In this document: piece after piece, positions 41,118 through 56,999 of the stretch
Layout of the letters: each line of letters starts with the position of its first letter
Position numbering within the stretch: position 1 is the first letter of the stretch
Assembly: GCF_009914755.1 (NCBI RefSeq)
Contig: NC_060931.1
Length of the DNA: 64,000 nt
Reading direction: 5' to 3' (one strand)
Source of the DNA: the human T2T-CHM13v2.0 reference genome, Homo sapiens
Notes under the pieces: model-generated
Databases searched by the model: none
What the model was told of the DNA's origin: nothing
The model's input: the letters and a program-made list of their open reading frames with translations, nothing else
Translations under genes and position numbers: made by a program

Positions 41118-44100
41118 TTACCATAAATTATTTCTATGCATAAAACATGGATACCTGTTATGTGACCCCTATTTCAAACTCAAAGAGAAAATGAGAAGTG
41201 AATTTCAAAAAGGTTTATCTAGCATAGACAAAATGTCTACATATCTTTACAAGGAGGAGAACCAACTTACTCTATCCACATTAACCCTTACAAGATGTTC
41301 CAATAACTACAAAGCATAGTCTTAAAATTTCAGAGATTAACATTTTAGATGAAAAATCCAAAATGTGTCAGAAGCTACTAAAGCAAACAATAAAAACAAC
41401 TAAAAAGTTTAAAAGTATGCATGTATTAAGGAGTGAAAAAATCTCAATAACATATCTCACAGCCATCAAAAATATGAGGAAATAATTCTAATTATATATG
41501 TCACCATTCACAGTATCTTGGGCTTCATCACAATGCTGATTTTCTAGGAGATAGGGAGTAATTAATAGTAACTAAATTGTGGCTATATTTTCTTTGATCC
41601 AACCTTTTTCCTCAAGTTTCCCACGACATTATAGCAAATAAGTAAAAATTTTTGTGAAGAATATAGTTGTCACCATTATATTTACTATATTATATGTTAT
41701 ATATATTATTACCATTATATATTACTATATTTAAGGGTCCCAAAAGGATATTTTGCAATCAATTAAACAGAAAAGACTACAATGATCTTCTCTTTCAGAT
41801 GCTAATATTTTCACTACAGCTTTGCTTCTATATATCATTTTACCCTAACGAATGCATTGCTAACTAGGTCGTTGCTTGGGAGAACTACAGCGTTGTACTG
41901 GAATGCCACATCTAGAAACAGCTACAATCAGTATCATGGAGTTTTGGGAAAAGACAGAACTGACTCCAGTTTTCACACAATAGTGACTACTTTTATCTGT
42001 TCATTTGAAAAGTAAGGACTTGAGTGTTAAGAGTGACCATGGCCTAGATTTACGTTATTCTTCTAAAGGAAAATGAAAATATTATTTTTACAGAGGAGCA
42101 AAGTGCAAAATCAGAGTTAATATTAACAGTCATAAAACATATATCCAATTATAAGAAAAATTATTAAGAGAAAAAACTTTTAAAAAGAATATTACAGCAG
42201 AATATAGATTATTTCCAAAATTTGGCCTAAACATTTCATTTACAATATACACAGAAGGCTCATGAATTGAGTAGTATGCATTTAGTATTCTCAAGTGAGA
42301 AGACATCATATGAAACAGAACATGATTCCTTTTTGTTCATACTAAAAAGAGACAAGCCTACAGAGATTTGAATTTACCTATTCTAGTTCACTGTATATAC
42401 ATCTCAGAAGGCTCCTAGCTCATCTTTGAAATAAGCCATAGAGCATATACCAACGAAGGGTGTAAATAACTCACAGATATGTCAATACGACTTTTTCTTA
42501 GGAGCAAACTGAAGAATTCAAATAAGTGATAAATTCAAAGCTAGTATCATACACAATTTCAAAATTATTGAGAAGTGGCCCAGAGTAACAGCATAGCAAA
42601 AAGAATTGTGGTTGACCTTAGTAAGCCTTTTAGAAGGATGAGCTACAACGACATTTGGAGACCTCACAGTACTTTGTGTGTTTATATTTACCTTTTCTAA
42701 CTCTACTACATCACCAAGAAACTAATAGTATGATGTGACCATTGTAAAGAAAATCCAGCTTCTCATTAAAATATATGGTTCAGTGTCTGAAGTTATTGAT
42801 TCAAAATCCAACTGTGATACTCCTTAGTAATGTTTACCAGACTCTGGAACAAATAATGGAGTGAGCTTGGAACATAAATTAACCCTCTTAATCCTCACAT
42901 TGAGAGAATCAGGCTGTAATAAAATAACCTCCCTGTCATTTGTGGTACTAGACTCAAGGCTGGTAAAGACAGAAATAGTTCTTAAACCAACAGAGGTATC
43001 ATTATTAAAGCAATATAGCTAAACACACCCAAATGGTCTTTCAAAAGAATACGATATAAAATTGAAATTCATTATCAGAACTGGGATTAAGGTCAGATAC
43101 CTCTAGTAAACATCTCTTTAATAATGGTTTCAGAGAAGAGTCACCTATTCAATAAAAAACAAGAAATCATGTCTCCAAAACAACTTTAAAGCTCTTACCT
43201 TCCTATCCCTATTTCCTAGTAAATTAATCAATGAAACAAAATTCTAGTACAGAACTTTCATATTAAATCACTTATTTTTTCAAGATTTTAAAAAAAATTA
43301 CATATAAAATGCATGAATTCATATAAGTATATGATGCTAACAAGTCAATTCAAACCTTTGAGTGTAAAAAAATTTCTTCTAACCACGGATATGGCATATA
43401 TAAAATGCATTTTAAAAGTAGAAAAAAAAAGATTCATTTCTTTCTACAAACAATATATTTTCCACACAAATCAATAGGAATTAAGTGATTGCAGTGAAAA
43501 AAAAAATGAACCACAACAAAAATAACTGTGTGAGGCTAAAGGGAATTAGGTTTTCCTTCCAGTGGATTATGTGTGCCACAGTCCAGGCTCAGTCCTAAAG
43601 TGACAGTGCAACGCTTGAGATATTCTGTTGACGCATGCATAGAAAATAATAAATATATTATTAACATATTATGTTTGGATAAACATGCATTTATATTTAC
43701 TTGAGTAGAAAGATTACAAATTAAGAAGGAAGGAAAAAGGAAAGGAAGAAAAGAAGGAAACATTCACTAAATTGTGAATATGTGCCAGATTAACAATTTG
43801 CTGTGCTCTTAGGAAATCCACTTCAGATCTAAAGAAGAGGTGTGGGAAAATGAACATTTGCCATCTTACAATATGACAGGCATGCTGATAGACAGGCCTG
43901 CACATCTCTTTCTGTACATGTATAATGTAATATATATTACATATAAATGTGTATAATACATTACATAATTACAACCCAATTTATGTGATCCTCATGAAAT
44001 TTCTTTGAGTTCAGCATTAACATTCCAATTTATATATCAGTCTCAGAGAAGTATTTAAGTATTTTTCCCCAAGAAAACATACGAACTATATATTCATATA

Positions 44101-45394
44101 GTTAATATGAATGCATATTAACTGTAACAAAAATAATAACATAGAGCAAAAAAATAAAAAACCAAATGACTCAACACCAAGAGAAATAATAACAGGAACT
44201 TTATAAGCATGCCATAACTCACAACAATAACTAATAGGTGATTTTTTGGAGAGGGAACAATCCATCAATAGTACATTAGATTCATTAATTGTTCCTATTA
44301 TCTTCTAACTCTCCCCATCAGTATGTTCTTTTATAATATTCCTATCTCAGTTTCGCATCAGAAAATGGGGATAAAGAGTCTTTATTTGTCAAATTGCAGT
44401 TACTACTTATTTGCCAAACACAAAGAACACTAGTTTATCAAGAAAGGAAAACCTATGCATATTCTTATAAATAAAACCTTTAAAATAGGAATATACATGA
44501 AGTTCCAAGTAGATGGAAGGCTAGGGACTTTTAAAAGAATTTTTCTGCAATTATTTCCATGCATCTACTTCACATTCCCAATCTATAAAGCTCTTCTCTT
44601 TCTCAGTCCATTACAGGAAAATACAGAATGGTCAATTATGTTTAACCTGCTTGCCAACTCTCCGATTACACTTATCATGCACAATAACTCAATCTTAGAA
44701 GGTACATCCTGCATAAAAAGTGAAGTTTGAGAAGACAGAAACTTCTCTTCAACATTTTCATCCTTGTGAGTACTGACACTATAGGCATGGGAAACTCAGA
44801 ACACCACATCAACACCAACAGCTTAGAGAGTCAGATGTCATTGTGAGCTGATAATGCTTAGCTTTGTTGACTGACGTGTAATCTATTGCAAATCTTGGGT
44901 TCTTAGGAGTTCTACTTTATAAATTGTATAATGTAGTTCAAGAGAACAAAATTATTTATTATAGTTTAGATGACAGGGATTGCATATTGATAAAAGAGGT
45001 AGCAAAAAGTTTAAATAAAAACTGGACACCATCAAACTTATCTGTGTGATTAAAATCTATAGCTACCCATAGAGGAAGGTGATCATCTATATGTCTGAGT
45101 GAAAGAAAGAAGGTGGTTCTTTAAAAGACTTTCTTAGGTTAATGAGATTCTATGGAATTAAATTGACATGCAGAAATATTTTCATGTATAAAGAAGCTCC
45201 TCAGTATTCAACGAGTACTAAAGTCACTATGTTGACCTATGTTCTCATCCCAAATGATATGGCCAAGCTTAGTTGTTGTTACTGTTGTTATTTTAATGAG
45301 TCATTTGTGTGTTAGTGCTCCTTCCAAGGATCAGGTCTAATAGTAGCAAGGTTTCTAAGCAGGGAAGCAAGGAGTGGCCCATGCTTTATTCACA

Positions 45395-45780
45395 CACCAT
45401 TTATTGAAGATCTACTGTGTACCAGACAAAATATTAGCTACTAGAGATTCAACATTGACTGCAATAGACAAATCTCCTGACATCCTAAAACTGAGAGTGA
45501 AAAGGTAAATACCAACAAATGAATCTGGCAATTGCAATTCAGGGAAACAAAAGTATGATAGGCAGAGGGACGATTACACATATTTGGGGGGAGTACAACA
45601 TTCTCAGTTACTGTAACGTAGTCCAGAGAGGCTTCTAATTCAGAGCTAAGACAATCTTTATACAATATCCCAATTAGAGGGCAGAGAAATGTTAAGGTAG
45701 ATTAGGGATGGCATGAAGATACTAATAGGCTGAAAATTTTTAGTAATGACAGAGTGCTAGGCAACTGGGAGAAAGTTCTG
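45395..45780 (-). mobile_element. Degenerate L2 fragment
   Basis: 'catttattgaagatctactgtgtaccagac...agacaaatctcctgacatc'. Confidence 0.45.
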
Positions 45781-48305
45781 AAGGACAAAGCAGGAGCTGG
45801 CTTCAGAAAGAAAAATCAGGAGGTGGGTAAAAATCAAACTTCATTTTGTGCTAACCATGTTAGAAACCAATATCCTAGGAAAAAAATGACTATGCCAAAT
45901 TTAAAAGACCAGAATTAATTTATAAGGGTACAAAGATTCGTTTGTCATATTTCAATCCTAACTCCCTATGTAGTCTAGCACCCAGCTTCCTCCAGAGGTA
46001 GAAATATGAGAAGACGTGGGAAATAAAAGACAAAAGAAAATAGACATAGGCACACTCTATACTCCACCCTCTTAAACCTTCCCTAATCTGAAATCACACA
46101 TACTCAAAAGCCTCATAAGCGTACTCTCAGAAACAAACACCCTTTATCTTCAGTTATTATAGTCCAGTATTTGATTGATATCTAATTTCAGATATTTTAA
46201 AAATACATCTCCTATGAAATTCGTAGATGGCCAAAATGTCACTCCAGCTTTCTACTGTCTCCCCAAAGGACAAATAAAGGAAAGAGAGCCTAAGTATTCT
46301 GGGTAATTTTGTATATAGAAGCCCAAATGTAATGTAAAATTGTGATTGATGTCTTTGATTTTAAGATTGACCTAGTTCTGTTTCCACTGTCAATTGTATT
46401 TCTTTTTCAGAAATTTCACAAATATGTTACATAGAGTTTAATGAGTATATAAACAGATATAGGAAAAACCAAAAAAAGTACTGTGTCTAATTTCCTTAGA
46501 CTATATTTTGTATAATACCAGACATACTTCTAACTACCTAGATTTTTATATCACTTTCTTCAGATAATATTTTTAAAATCTTCTCTATTATGTTTCCAAT
46601 TGGAACGTTGAACTCAAAACTTAAAGAAAGAGTATTTGTAGATGTACTGATCCACATAAATCAGGTATCCATTCTATATTTTCTATAGTTTCTTATCATT
46701 GTGCCCTCCTAAGAAGCAAAGTTTTATTAATATTATCTAAGATAAGGTAGTCTAATTTGGATTATTAAGAGTAAAAAGTGCATTATGTCACAGCATTTTT
46801 GAAAGCTCAGTTTTGAGGATGCATTTTTATAGTATTAACTTATCTCTTCTGTTATGAAAAACATAAAATTTGGAGATATTTTTGCTATGAAATTTTATCA
46901 GAAGTGTTTTGGGGAACTCTGATACATGCATTATGAAAATAGTTATTTTTCAATTCTTCAATAATGTTTTGTTTGAAAAAAACTTTCGGAGATTTTCGCC
47001 TGAAACCAAAGAGAAAATTCTAAACAAAAAATAAATAGGATAAAAGCACATCACATCCACCTTCCTGTGACATTTAAAATACTCATACCTGAATATACTC
47101 TAAAAAGACCTCTTTAATATCCTGATGCTAGCTCCTAATTTAGTGGAGAGGACTCCATCTCACCACAGCAGATGTGTCCGTTCCATTTCACTATGGTATC
47201 AATAATAGAAAAGGGCCAGGTAGCCTCTTAAACAAAATATTTACTAAATATATTTAACAGAGTAATTTTCATTTTATTGATAAGGAAATTCTACCCCAAT
47301 ACTAGGCTATACTACTCAGGCCAATTGTTTCAGTGTGAATACTCAGAATATCAGGTAGAACATGTAAGTAATTCGGCACAAACTGTCATCTCATTCTGGA
47401 AAAAAATGAATCCAGTTTTAGCTTTACTGAAACCAGAAGATATAAAACACCATAATATCTATGAGACCAATGGCCCCTGATTTTGAAACTAAAATCAAAT
47501 ATGAGGATATTATAACACTCTACTGATTACATATCTATAAAGTACTTTTTAAGATATAAGACATACTCATACATATTATGCCTGGGATTTAATTTATTAT
47601 CCATGCTAACCTACCTTGATGAATTATTGGTCATAAGGAAGGAGAAACTGAATAAAAATATTTTCAGACAAATCTGCAATCCCACTGAGTCTTTCCATTC
47701 CTCCAAAGTGAGTACTGTGACAGAGCTGTGTCTTTCTTAGAAGTGATGGGCCTTATCAATAAAGATTTTTACTGTATTGGGAAAAGCTAACCCTGTGATC
47801 TTTAAATACTCTGGCTTCAGAAAATAATTTTAATATTAAACCTCTTCCAAAGTTCTTGACTTGAAATCCCAACATTACCATCATGATGCCACATTATTAT
47901 TTTAAAATACACCATTTCAAATATGAAATAATTTTTACATGTTAATAACTTAGTATATTTTATTGCAGAATTAACATATGCTTATTATACAAAATCAAGA
48001 ACATACAAAAAAGAAGGCCTCATATTCTCCCTGTCTCCCAAATACACTATTACAAAAGCCTGTCATTCTGCCTTTGACAAACTTTATAATATTATCTCTT
48101 GACTCCACTATTTCACTCTTAATCCAGACTAGAGCTGCCCACACTTTCAAGGTATCATCAAAGACCTCTTATCTCAGAATAAAAGATGGCTTCAGTGCCC
48201 ATCCTGTTATCCTCCTACAGCCCTCAAACCTCCCAATGATGTGACTGACAGACGTTACCATTATATAGTAAATAGTAGGTCAGTTGCTTATATGTCACCC
48301 TACAA

Positions 48306-48598
48306 TTTTTTTTTTTTTTGAGACGGAGTCTTGCTCTGTTGCCCAGGCTGGAGTGCAGTGGCATGATCTCAGCTCACTGCAACCTCGGCCTCCTGGGTTC
48401 ATGCAATTCTCTGCCTCAGCCTCCCAAGTAGCTGGGATTACAGGCACCCGCCACCATGCCCGGCTAATTTTTGTATTTTTAGTAGAGACAGGGTTTCACC
48501 ATCTTGGCCAGGCTAGTCTTGAACTTCTGACCTCATGATCCACCCGCCTTGGCCTCCCAAAGTGTTGGGATTGCAGGTGTGAGCCACTGCGCCCAGCC
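48306..48598 (-). mobile_element. AluS
   Basis: Antisense full dimer with polyT. Confidence 0.95.
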
Positions 48599-49245
48599 AC
48601 CCTATTACATTTTTTAAAAGTCCTAGGAGTAAATAGATTTTTCCATCTCATGGTAGCCTGAGATATTTGTTTCTTTCTAATCTTAACCAATTCTATTTTA
48701 GAAATAAAAAAAAATGAATCTAATCTACATCCCATAGGGCAGCCCTGCAAGTTATTGATTATGCTAGCCTTTCTCTAAGTTTTGTTTGTTCCATACTGAA
48801 GAAACCCATGTCCTTAAAGCAATTCAGGTCACTCTTCTCTGGATATGATTCAAGTCATTAAAGTCTCTCTTAAAATATAGTACCAGAAATTGGATGCAGT
48901 CCTCCAGGTGTGCTAATCTCTAATCTCTGGAGTAGTATTAACCAAATTCCTGCACTATTTTCAAATGGAAGCAAAGCCAGCTGTAAACGGACAAAGATAA
49001 TTCTACTTGATCCCAAATGATGTGGCTAACAGCATCATCAATATCATCATCACCAGCACTTAGGAAATGCTAAGCATGAACAGACATATAAACTCATTTA
49101 ACCTCTATGAGAAAGATTCTTTCAGCAACCATATTTTATATTATCAGTAAGAAATTTCAGGTAACGAACTTTAAGGAACATCACTAGCAAGTTTTTACAG
49201 GTGGTAGTGACAGGGATTTGTTCTCCATGTTAAACAAATTGAAAG

Positions 49246-49292
49246 GTTGAAAGGTGGTTAGCTTGCTGTTGAAAGGTGGTTAGCTTGCTGTT
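49246..49292. repeat. Perfect 22-bp tandem duplication
   Basis: GTTGAAAGGTGGTTAGCTTGCT x2. Confidence 0.9.
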
Positions 49293-50092
49293 ATTATCAT
49301 AACAGCACAGAATTAAGAATCTCACTACAAACAAACAGAAATGCATAAATCTAGAGGCTAACGATATATAGTCTTCGTCATGTTGAAATGCTGCAAAAAT
49401 ATGGTGGGTTAGTTCACTTTCTAGTGGCAATAAGGTTTGGTGGAAATGTGGTAAATTTCCTCCACCTCAGCTATTTGATAGCATTTATAGTGGTATAACA
49501 GAAATAAAGTACGCTTTATTTACGAGAAGACTCATTCTATATTCAATTTATAATAATAAGCATGCTGGAAGAGCCATCTGGATACCTTATAAAAATGGTA
49601 TTTTCCATTGGAAGTAAAGAATTTTAATCAGTGTTAGTTGGTAATTATTCATTTCACCATTTCCTAATCATGTCAAAAAAAATACGTTAAGCCAGAATTC
49701 ACAATTTTTCCATTATGCAAAAACACCACCATATTGTTTTATCTACTTAGTAAGATCATTTTTTTCTATTTCATACACTCAGACCACATTGCTCAAAATA
49801 AGAAAAGGCAAATATAATAATCAAGCTTGATAAGCCAAGAAGCAGAGCAAAGATAGGAAAAAAATAATTTGATTTGAGGAATAAAAATATTAAATTACTA
49901 CTTCAATGCTCTGAATGATAAAAGCACAGTCAGAAGCAGTCCATTTCTAAAAACTAAGTGGTATTTCAACAGCTCTAACAAAGGAGAACAGAAACTAGTC
50001 TTGGATTTTTATGAGAACTTTAATATGAATGATTTAAGAAATTATACTTTAAAAATCTCATTCAGTTAAAGTACAGATGTATATGCTACAAC

Positions 50093-50404
50093 TTTTGGTT
50101 TTGGTTTTTTGTTTTTAGACAGGGTCTCACTCTGTTTCCCAGCCTGGAGTACAGTGACATGATCTCAGCTCCCTGCAACCTCTGCTTCCCAGGCTCAAGT
50201 GATCCTCCAGCCTCAGCTTCCTGAGGAGCTGGGATTACTGGCATGAGCCACCACACCCAGCTAATTTTTGTGGGGTTTTTTTTGTACAAATGGGGTTTCC
50301 CCATGTTGCGCAGGCTGGTCTCGAGCTCCTGAGCTCAAAGCTATCTGCTCCCCTAGGCCTCCCAAAAGGCTGGGATTACAGGCCTGAGCCACCGTGACCA
50401 GCCT
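50093..50404 (-). mobile_element. AluJ-like element
   Basis: Antisense dimer with J-type 'gggtctcactctg' and 'gctcaagtgatcctcc' motifs. Confidence 0.9.
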
Positions 50405-51597
50405 TGTGCTACACCTTTGTATAAACCTACTTTAAAATACAAAAAGGTACTCCATTCATTCTTTTCAAAAGATTTAGTGAATGTGAATAATGTCATATTG
50501 CCTAGAGTAATCTTGATGTTTTTGTTCCACTGGAAAAAAACAAGGTCCCTTTAGCTAAAGCTTTTCTTCTGCTATTGTCACTTCAGCACTAGCAAAACTA
50601 GGGTGACAGCTCATAAAGAAAATAACCAAAAGCTCTCACTTTGTCCAATGACGTGGCAGCCCTCCAGCACTGGCATTTCCTGCCCTAAATTAACTCCAGG
50701 GGCCATAAGATCAAAGTAAGAAGGAAGTAGCTTGTCTTTCTCTTTAGTTGTGGTAGCTACTTTGTATTACATAGGCAATATAATTCACTGTTTCTTATAT
50801 AACCGCTTATGCTATTTTACATTGTACTAGGCATCTGCAAACAAACAAATGTTATTTCTTGTTCCAAGTTAGGTAAAACTTGTAAATAAAACCCTGCAAA
50901 ATGGCTCACAATAAATCAAAATAGTCCTACAAGAAAACAGAAAGCTAGAAAAAGATTAGAGATAAGGTCCTGCCAATAGATAATTCTATTTTAAAAGAAA
51001 AAAAATCAGCTGAAGTCCTATTTGGTTCTCATGAACCTGAAAAGATAGTTAGTTGTTTTGCCAGAAAAAGAGTCCCAGACATTATTTGGTCACTTGCCTG
51101 GAATAGCTTGGCATTTCTGCACCCTCAAGTAATAAAACTTACTTGTAAAACCCTTTAAGGCAACAGAGATTGCCTGTATTTATTTTCTAGGAAGGGAAAA
51201 TATTGAAAATTATGATGTATTCAAAGACCACAACTATAGGAGAAAATGCCATACTGCTAAATGTTTTTCAGTTGACATGATCTTTTAAATCATCTCTATT
51301 GATCCCTTTATTTAAGATTCGATTTGGCTATTGTGAGAATAATGAACAAATAAATGAATGTGATATCCATTTGATATCTAGTATTTCACCAAAAAAAAGG
51401 AATAAGCCTGGATTTTTTTATCTTTGCCCTATTTACATTGTACAATGAGGAAGAAATTTTGGAACGGAGCTAACAAAAGATCTAAATTAAGACACCATTT
51501 TAAAGCTCTGGGAATTACAGTGGCACTATTACCCAGAAGCAAAAATCCTAAATGATTCTATGAACAGGTAACAAACTACAAAAAACAGGTAACAAGG

Positions 51598-51699
51598 GCC
51601 AGAGACTGGACTAGGTTGGTATTTCTTTTTGTTCAACAAGTATTTACTGCCAGAGACTGGACTAGATTGGTATTTCTTTTTGTTCAACAAGTATTTACT
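51598..51699. repeat. 51-bp tandem duplication (one mismatch)
   Basis: GCCAGAGACTGGACTAG(G/A)TTGGTATTTCTTTTTGTTCAACAAGTATTTACT x2. Confidence 0.95.
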
Positions 51700-54006
51700 A
51701 AGAAACTAAAATGTTAGAAGCTTCAGGGGATACAAAGATAGGCAACTTCCCTGAAATAATTGAGAATTATCTATGGTGGGAAAAACTATGAGAAAGGAAA
51801 GAGATTTTTTAAAAATGCTATAGCAATTAAGCAGCTTCCAGATATATTTTGGGAAAATTACAGATAGTAGTAATTAGCCTAACCCTGATATGCAAGTTAA
51901 TCATCTCTCCCATCTAGAAAGTTGTTCTTTTTGTAACAGAAGACACATAAAATAGTGTCTATTCACTTTATAAAAATAGCAATAAACCTCAAATTCCTCA
52001 AGTAGAAACAAAATACATTTTCCTCTAAATAAAAAAAACTATTTTGAGCTAGGAAAAGAGAATACCTATTAAAATGTATTTTGCTTGCTGGAAATCTGGT
52101 TCAACTCACAATTTCCCAGCAAAAGGAAAAACTAGGATAATTCTTTCTCTGACAAGATTGCCTGTGCTGTTGGCAACACTCTTCAAAAACTGAAACTCTA
52201 ATTTTTAATTCTACAGTTACCTCCTAGCCTTCCATGGTCTCATCTACTAAACCACAGTTAGAATTACATTTCCTACATATGTTATTTTCTTGGAGTTCAA
52301 TGAACAGGACTGAAAATAAAGATCAGAAAAGAAAGAAGAGAGACTCAAATTAAGGAAACCAACTAAAAACAGTGAGACATAAGAACTAAAAGGCAAGGGA
52401 AGAAAAAAGAGACAGAGAAAAGACAGAGTTGGGGCAAGAAGGAAAGAGGGAGACCAAGACTCAGGGGGGATTTCAGAGGACAAAGCCTTCTGTCTACTTT
52501 AAGTATTAGCTTACTTGACTTCATTAAATGTTGGCTTGTGTCTATTATCAGCTGCTCTTTACTGCCCTGTAAAACAACAATAACAACAAAAAACTGGTTG
52601 GCAAAGGCAGATATGACATGAAGTAGCAATGACCTGGCTAATATGAACCTTTGGACAAGATCATGTCTTCCTGAGCCCAGGTGCATCGATACTGGATATT
52701 TTCTGCATGCCCATTCAATCTACAGGGTTCTGAAACCTAAATAAAATTCAATGTAATAGCTGGGTGCCTTTCAAAACACTATGCATCATTTACTATCATA
52801 TTCACTGTTGAATAAACTTTGTAAAAACTGAGAACGTAAGACATGAGAAAGCTAAGAAATGTAATTGGGAAGGGCTAAATAAGTTAACAGGGCCAAGCCA
52901 TTTTGGCCAGATGGCTTTTTGCAATTTTGGAAATATCTGAACTTCTCACAAATGTCACAGGATGTAGAACTGAAAATATTTCCATCTGCCCCAACCAAAG
53001 AAACTATTGCTCTTCATTCATGCAAATGTAATTCCATGCTATCCCCCAAGTTATTAAGACTGTTCGGCCATTTAAGAAGAAAAATAGTCTATTCTTCCAC
53101 TGAAAGAGTAATTCTAAAGCCACTTAGGTAAATGACTGAGTGACAAAGCAAATAAGAAATTAATACATTTGAGAGAGCTGCTGGAAATAGTTTCTTCTTA
53201 CATACTCTGCTTATAATAGAGGAAAATATCTATGAGACATAGTACAGAACTTGGGTGATGAAGTGGTTTAAGAATTATGAAATAATATGACTTTTTAAAT
53301 TGAAAAATGAATGGCTAGTTGGTGAAAGAGTCAGGACTAGCACTCAGATCTTCCAGCTGCAATCGTCTCTACCCTATGCATTAGTGTCTGTAGGCTCTGG
53401 GGTGACTGGGGATGGAGAAAGCAAAAGAGAATCAATAAAATTAACTCAGATTTTTTTTTTCTGGTGTTACCACCAAATTCCATACTTATAATACTAATGT
53501 TTACTTTTAAAGTCTTTGATACAATTTAATTCCTTTGAAATAATACTACAAAGAATGTGAATTTAGCTCCCTTAAACCCCTCCACATTTCCCCTCCCAAT
53601 CTTTCCTCAAATTATAATTTTATCACAATTTTTTGTTAAATCAACATTAATATATACATTATTATAAATTATTAGACCTGAGCCACATAGTATGCCAGGG
53701 TTACATTTCTTTCTTTTTTTTTTGTATAATTTTGTATTCCCTACAGATAATCACTGCCTTAGCTTTATCTTTTTTTAGGTTGCTTAATTTTCTATCTACC
53801 TACAATAATTTATTCCCAAACTGTCTATAGAATTATAAATCTGCAAACATCTCTGGTCTACTATAGTATCCTTCCCATCCTCTGTATCATTGTGGGTTTA
53901 TGGGGGTTTTTATTCCTCATTGGCATTTTAGTGACATTTCAATGAGGACAGATGAACACACGTGCTCAATCAATCATATTTAACCAGGAGCTAGAGATGT
54001 TCATTC

Positions 54007-54271
<265 letters not shown>

Positions 54272-54316
54272 TAAAGATCAGTATTCAATTTTGCATACAT
54301 GAAAATCTGAACACAG

Positions 54317-54664
<348 letters not shown>

Positions 54665-56999
54665 TTATATATAATATCATAATATCAGAAGTATTACAAA
54701 GCTGCCTGCATAACTTTCATAAATAGTATCATTTTATACACATATTGAAGTAATCAGAAAAAGTGCAACAAGTAGGGTTCATTTTGATATTTTTCTTTCC
54801 TGAACAGGACAAGCAGATCACTACAATTAACACCTATCGTGAATTTACAGGGATTCAGGTAGAAAATAATTCATGTTAAACAGAGGTTCCAAACATCATT
54901 AACAGAGACTGAGAAATTGGGCCAGTATGCATGAGAGCACATATCATAAAGGTCATGTGTGTTAATGAGAAAAAGACTATTTATTAGCTTGCAATTTAAA
55001 TACAAAGCCCTTCTCCCTCAATGGCTTAAAATGGAGCAATATCCTATACCTGAGGACAAGAAAAGGCAGTGCCCTCAATTAGATGAACAACTCTCACGGT
55101 CCCAAAACTTTTATTGTTGTCACTGAAATTCATCATTCTGATTTTATTTTTAGATAGTGATATCTTTTACGTTACAGACAGAAAGCTTGTGAATAGAACC
55201 CATCCTGTACTATTGTATACTTTTTTGGAAGTTTAAGAGACTATATATTTACTTTTACTCAGTTGCCAAGCAGCATATTTCCTAACTTTTGTGTGTGCTC
55301 CAATCAATGCTTTACATTTGTTCTGAGGTCAAAAAAGACAAAAATATTTGCAGATATCATGAAAAAAATCAACATGTCATTTAAAAACTAAAGACATCCA
55401 TCTTTGGAAACTGCCATTTTATTACACAATGAGAAGAAAACAAAAGCATGGATTTCAAAAAGAGGTGACAGATAATTATGATACTGTATAAATATTAAAT
55501 GCAATTGTGATGTTATAACTACTAAGAAGTAATTTAATTTTCTGAATACATATCTGAGGAATCCTACCCCCAACCCCCAACCTCTGCGCCAGGCTAAATA
55601 AGCGAGGTAAACACTCATGACACAAGGCTATGCAGCATTCACACTTGAGGTCAAAAATTCCCAAAATAAATCCATAACAACAGGTGTTATCCTAAAAGCA
55701 CTGAGATGTTCCCCGTGAAAGACCAACAATTTTGGATTTTTAAGAAAATAAAGTAGAAATGCTCTATCCAAACACATTTTTTAAAACTCACCTTGGGTCA
55801 TTTCACAAATATTTATTTCTTAGCAATCCATTTTCCTTTGCTTATAAATTCCTGTTTCACTGATTTCAAATGAAAGAATTCTTTTACAGGCACCTCTTAC
55901 TAAAGCCAAGAAATGGAATAATACCTTTAAAAAAGATAACTGTAACTGTGGAAAGGCACAGAAAGTAAATATAAACCACAGTCAGTGACTGATCCTCCAT
56001 GAGGGCCATATGAATCTCAGGATATTTATTGTGCTATCTACGTGAGAAAATGCATTCTCATTTTAAATAATAACACTAGTAATCTCTTTGTCCATTAGAA
56101 ATAAACCAGTGCAGATACTGTATATTCAAAGTAGCCCATATGCACTAATCAATCATCTAACCAAAGCTTTAAAATGGTTAGTTTTCTATTTCCCTTATTC
56201 ATTCATTACCCTACCCTGTTTGGAAAACTTTAAAAAATTATTATTTCCATCTCAGTGTCACAGATACACTGCAACATTGTCAAATAAAATGATTGTTTCT
56301 GGACTAACAAAATCTCTATTTTTCTTACAAGGCAAACCCATCATGTTGTGACAAAACCTACTACATTTACTAGAGAAAAGAAGAGCCAAAACTATGAGCA
56401 CAAATAATACTTCTCTATGTCTCCCCAGTATTTGACATTAGTAACATAATGTGCCAGAGTTTCCCTGAATAACTGCAAGTTCCTCTTCCTACAATACTTC
56501 TGTAAATACACAATATGGCCACATTCAATTTAAACTTCCAGTTAGACAATATCTAGTCAATGTCTACCTCACAGGAATAGTCGTAAATTCTAGGAACATA
56601 GCAGTGAGCAAGATAGATCATAATTTCTGCCCTTGTGGATCTTAGAGTTCGAAAGTCACATAAGCTGGGAGTCACATATATTTGGAGAGTTTAAGGGAGA
56701 AATTATACCTTCCATAGAGAAGCTGATCATAATGCTCATTGGTACAGTAGCTCAAATACAGTGTGTCTATCTCAGAAGTGACAGGATCATCCTTTGTGTT
56801 CCTACAGTTTTCACTTCTTTTTCCCCTTTCTTACTATCCAAAATACTTACGCTTATTTAAGAGTTGCTGAGTTAAAACATATTAAATCCACGGGGGACAG
56901 AAATTCTAGGAGACTGGCCATATAAAAAACAGTAGACAAGAAATAAGTGAATGGATTACAATGAAAGAGATACCTCCCACAAGCAAATGAGGATTCTTG

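Noticed and set aside
45989-46002. Second CTCF-like motif CCTCCAGAGGTAG
   Set aside because: Three mismatches to the core, which is chance level.
51598-51699. Direct repeats as a possible CRISPR-like array
   Set aside because: Two abutting copies with no spacers, in eukaryotic DNA.
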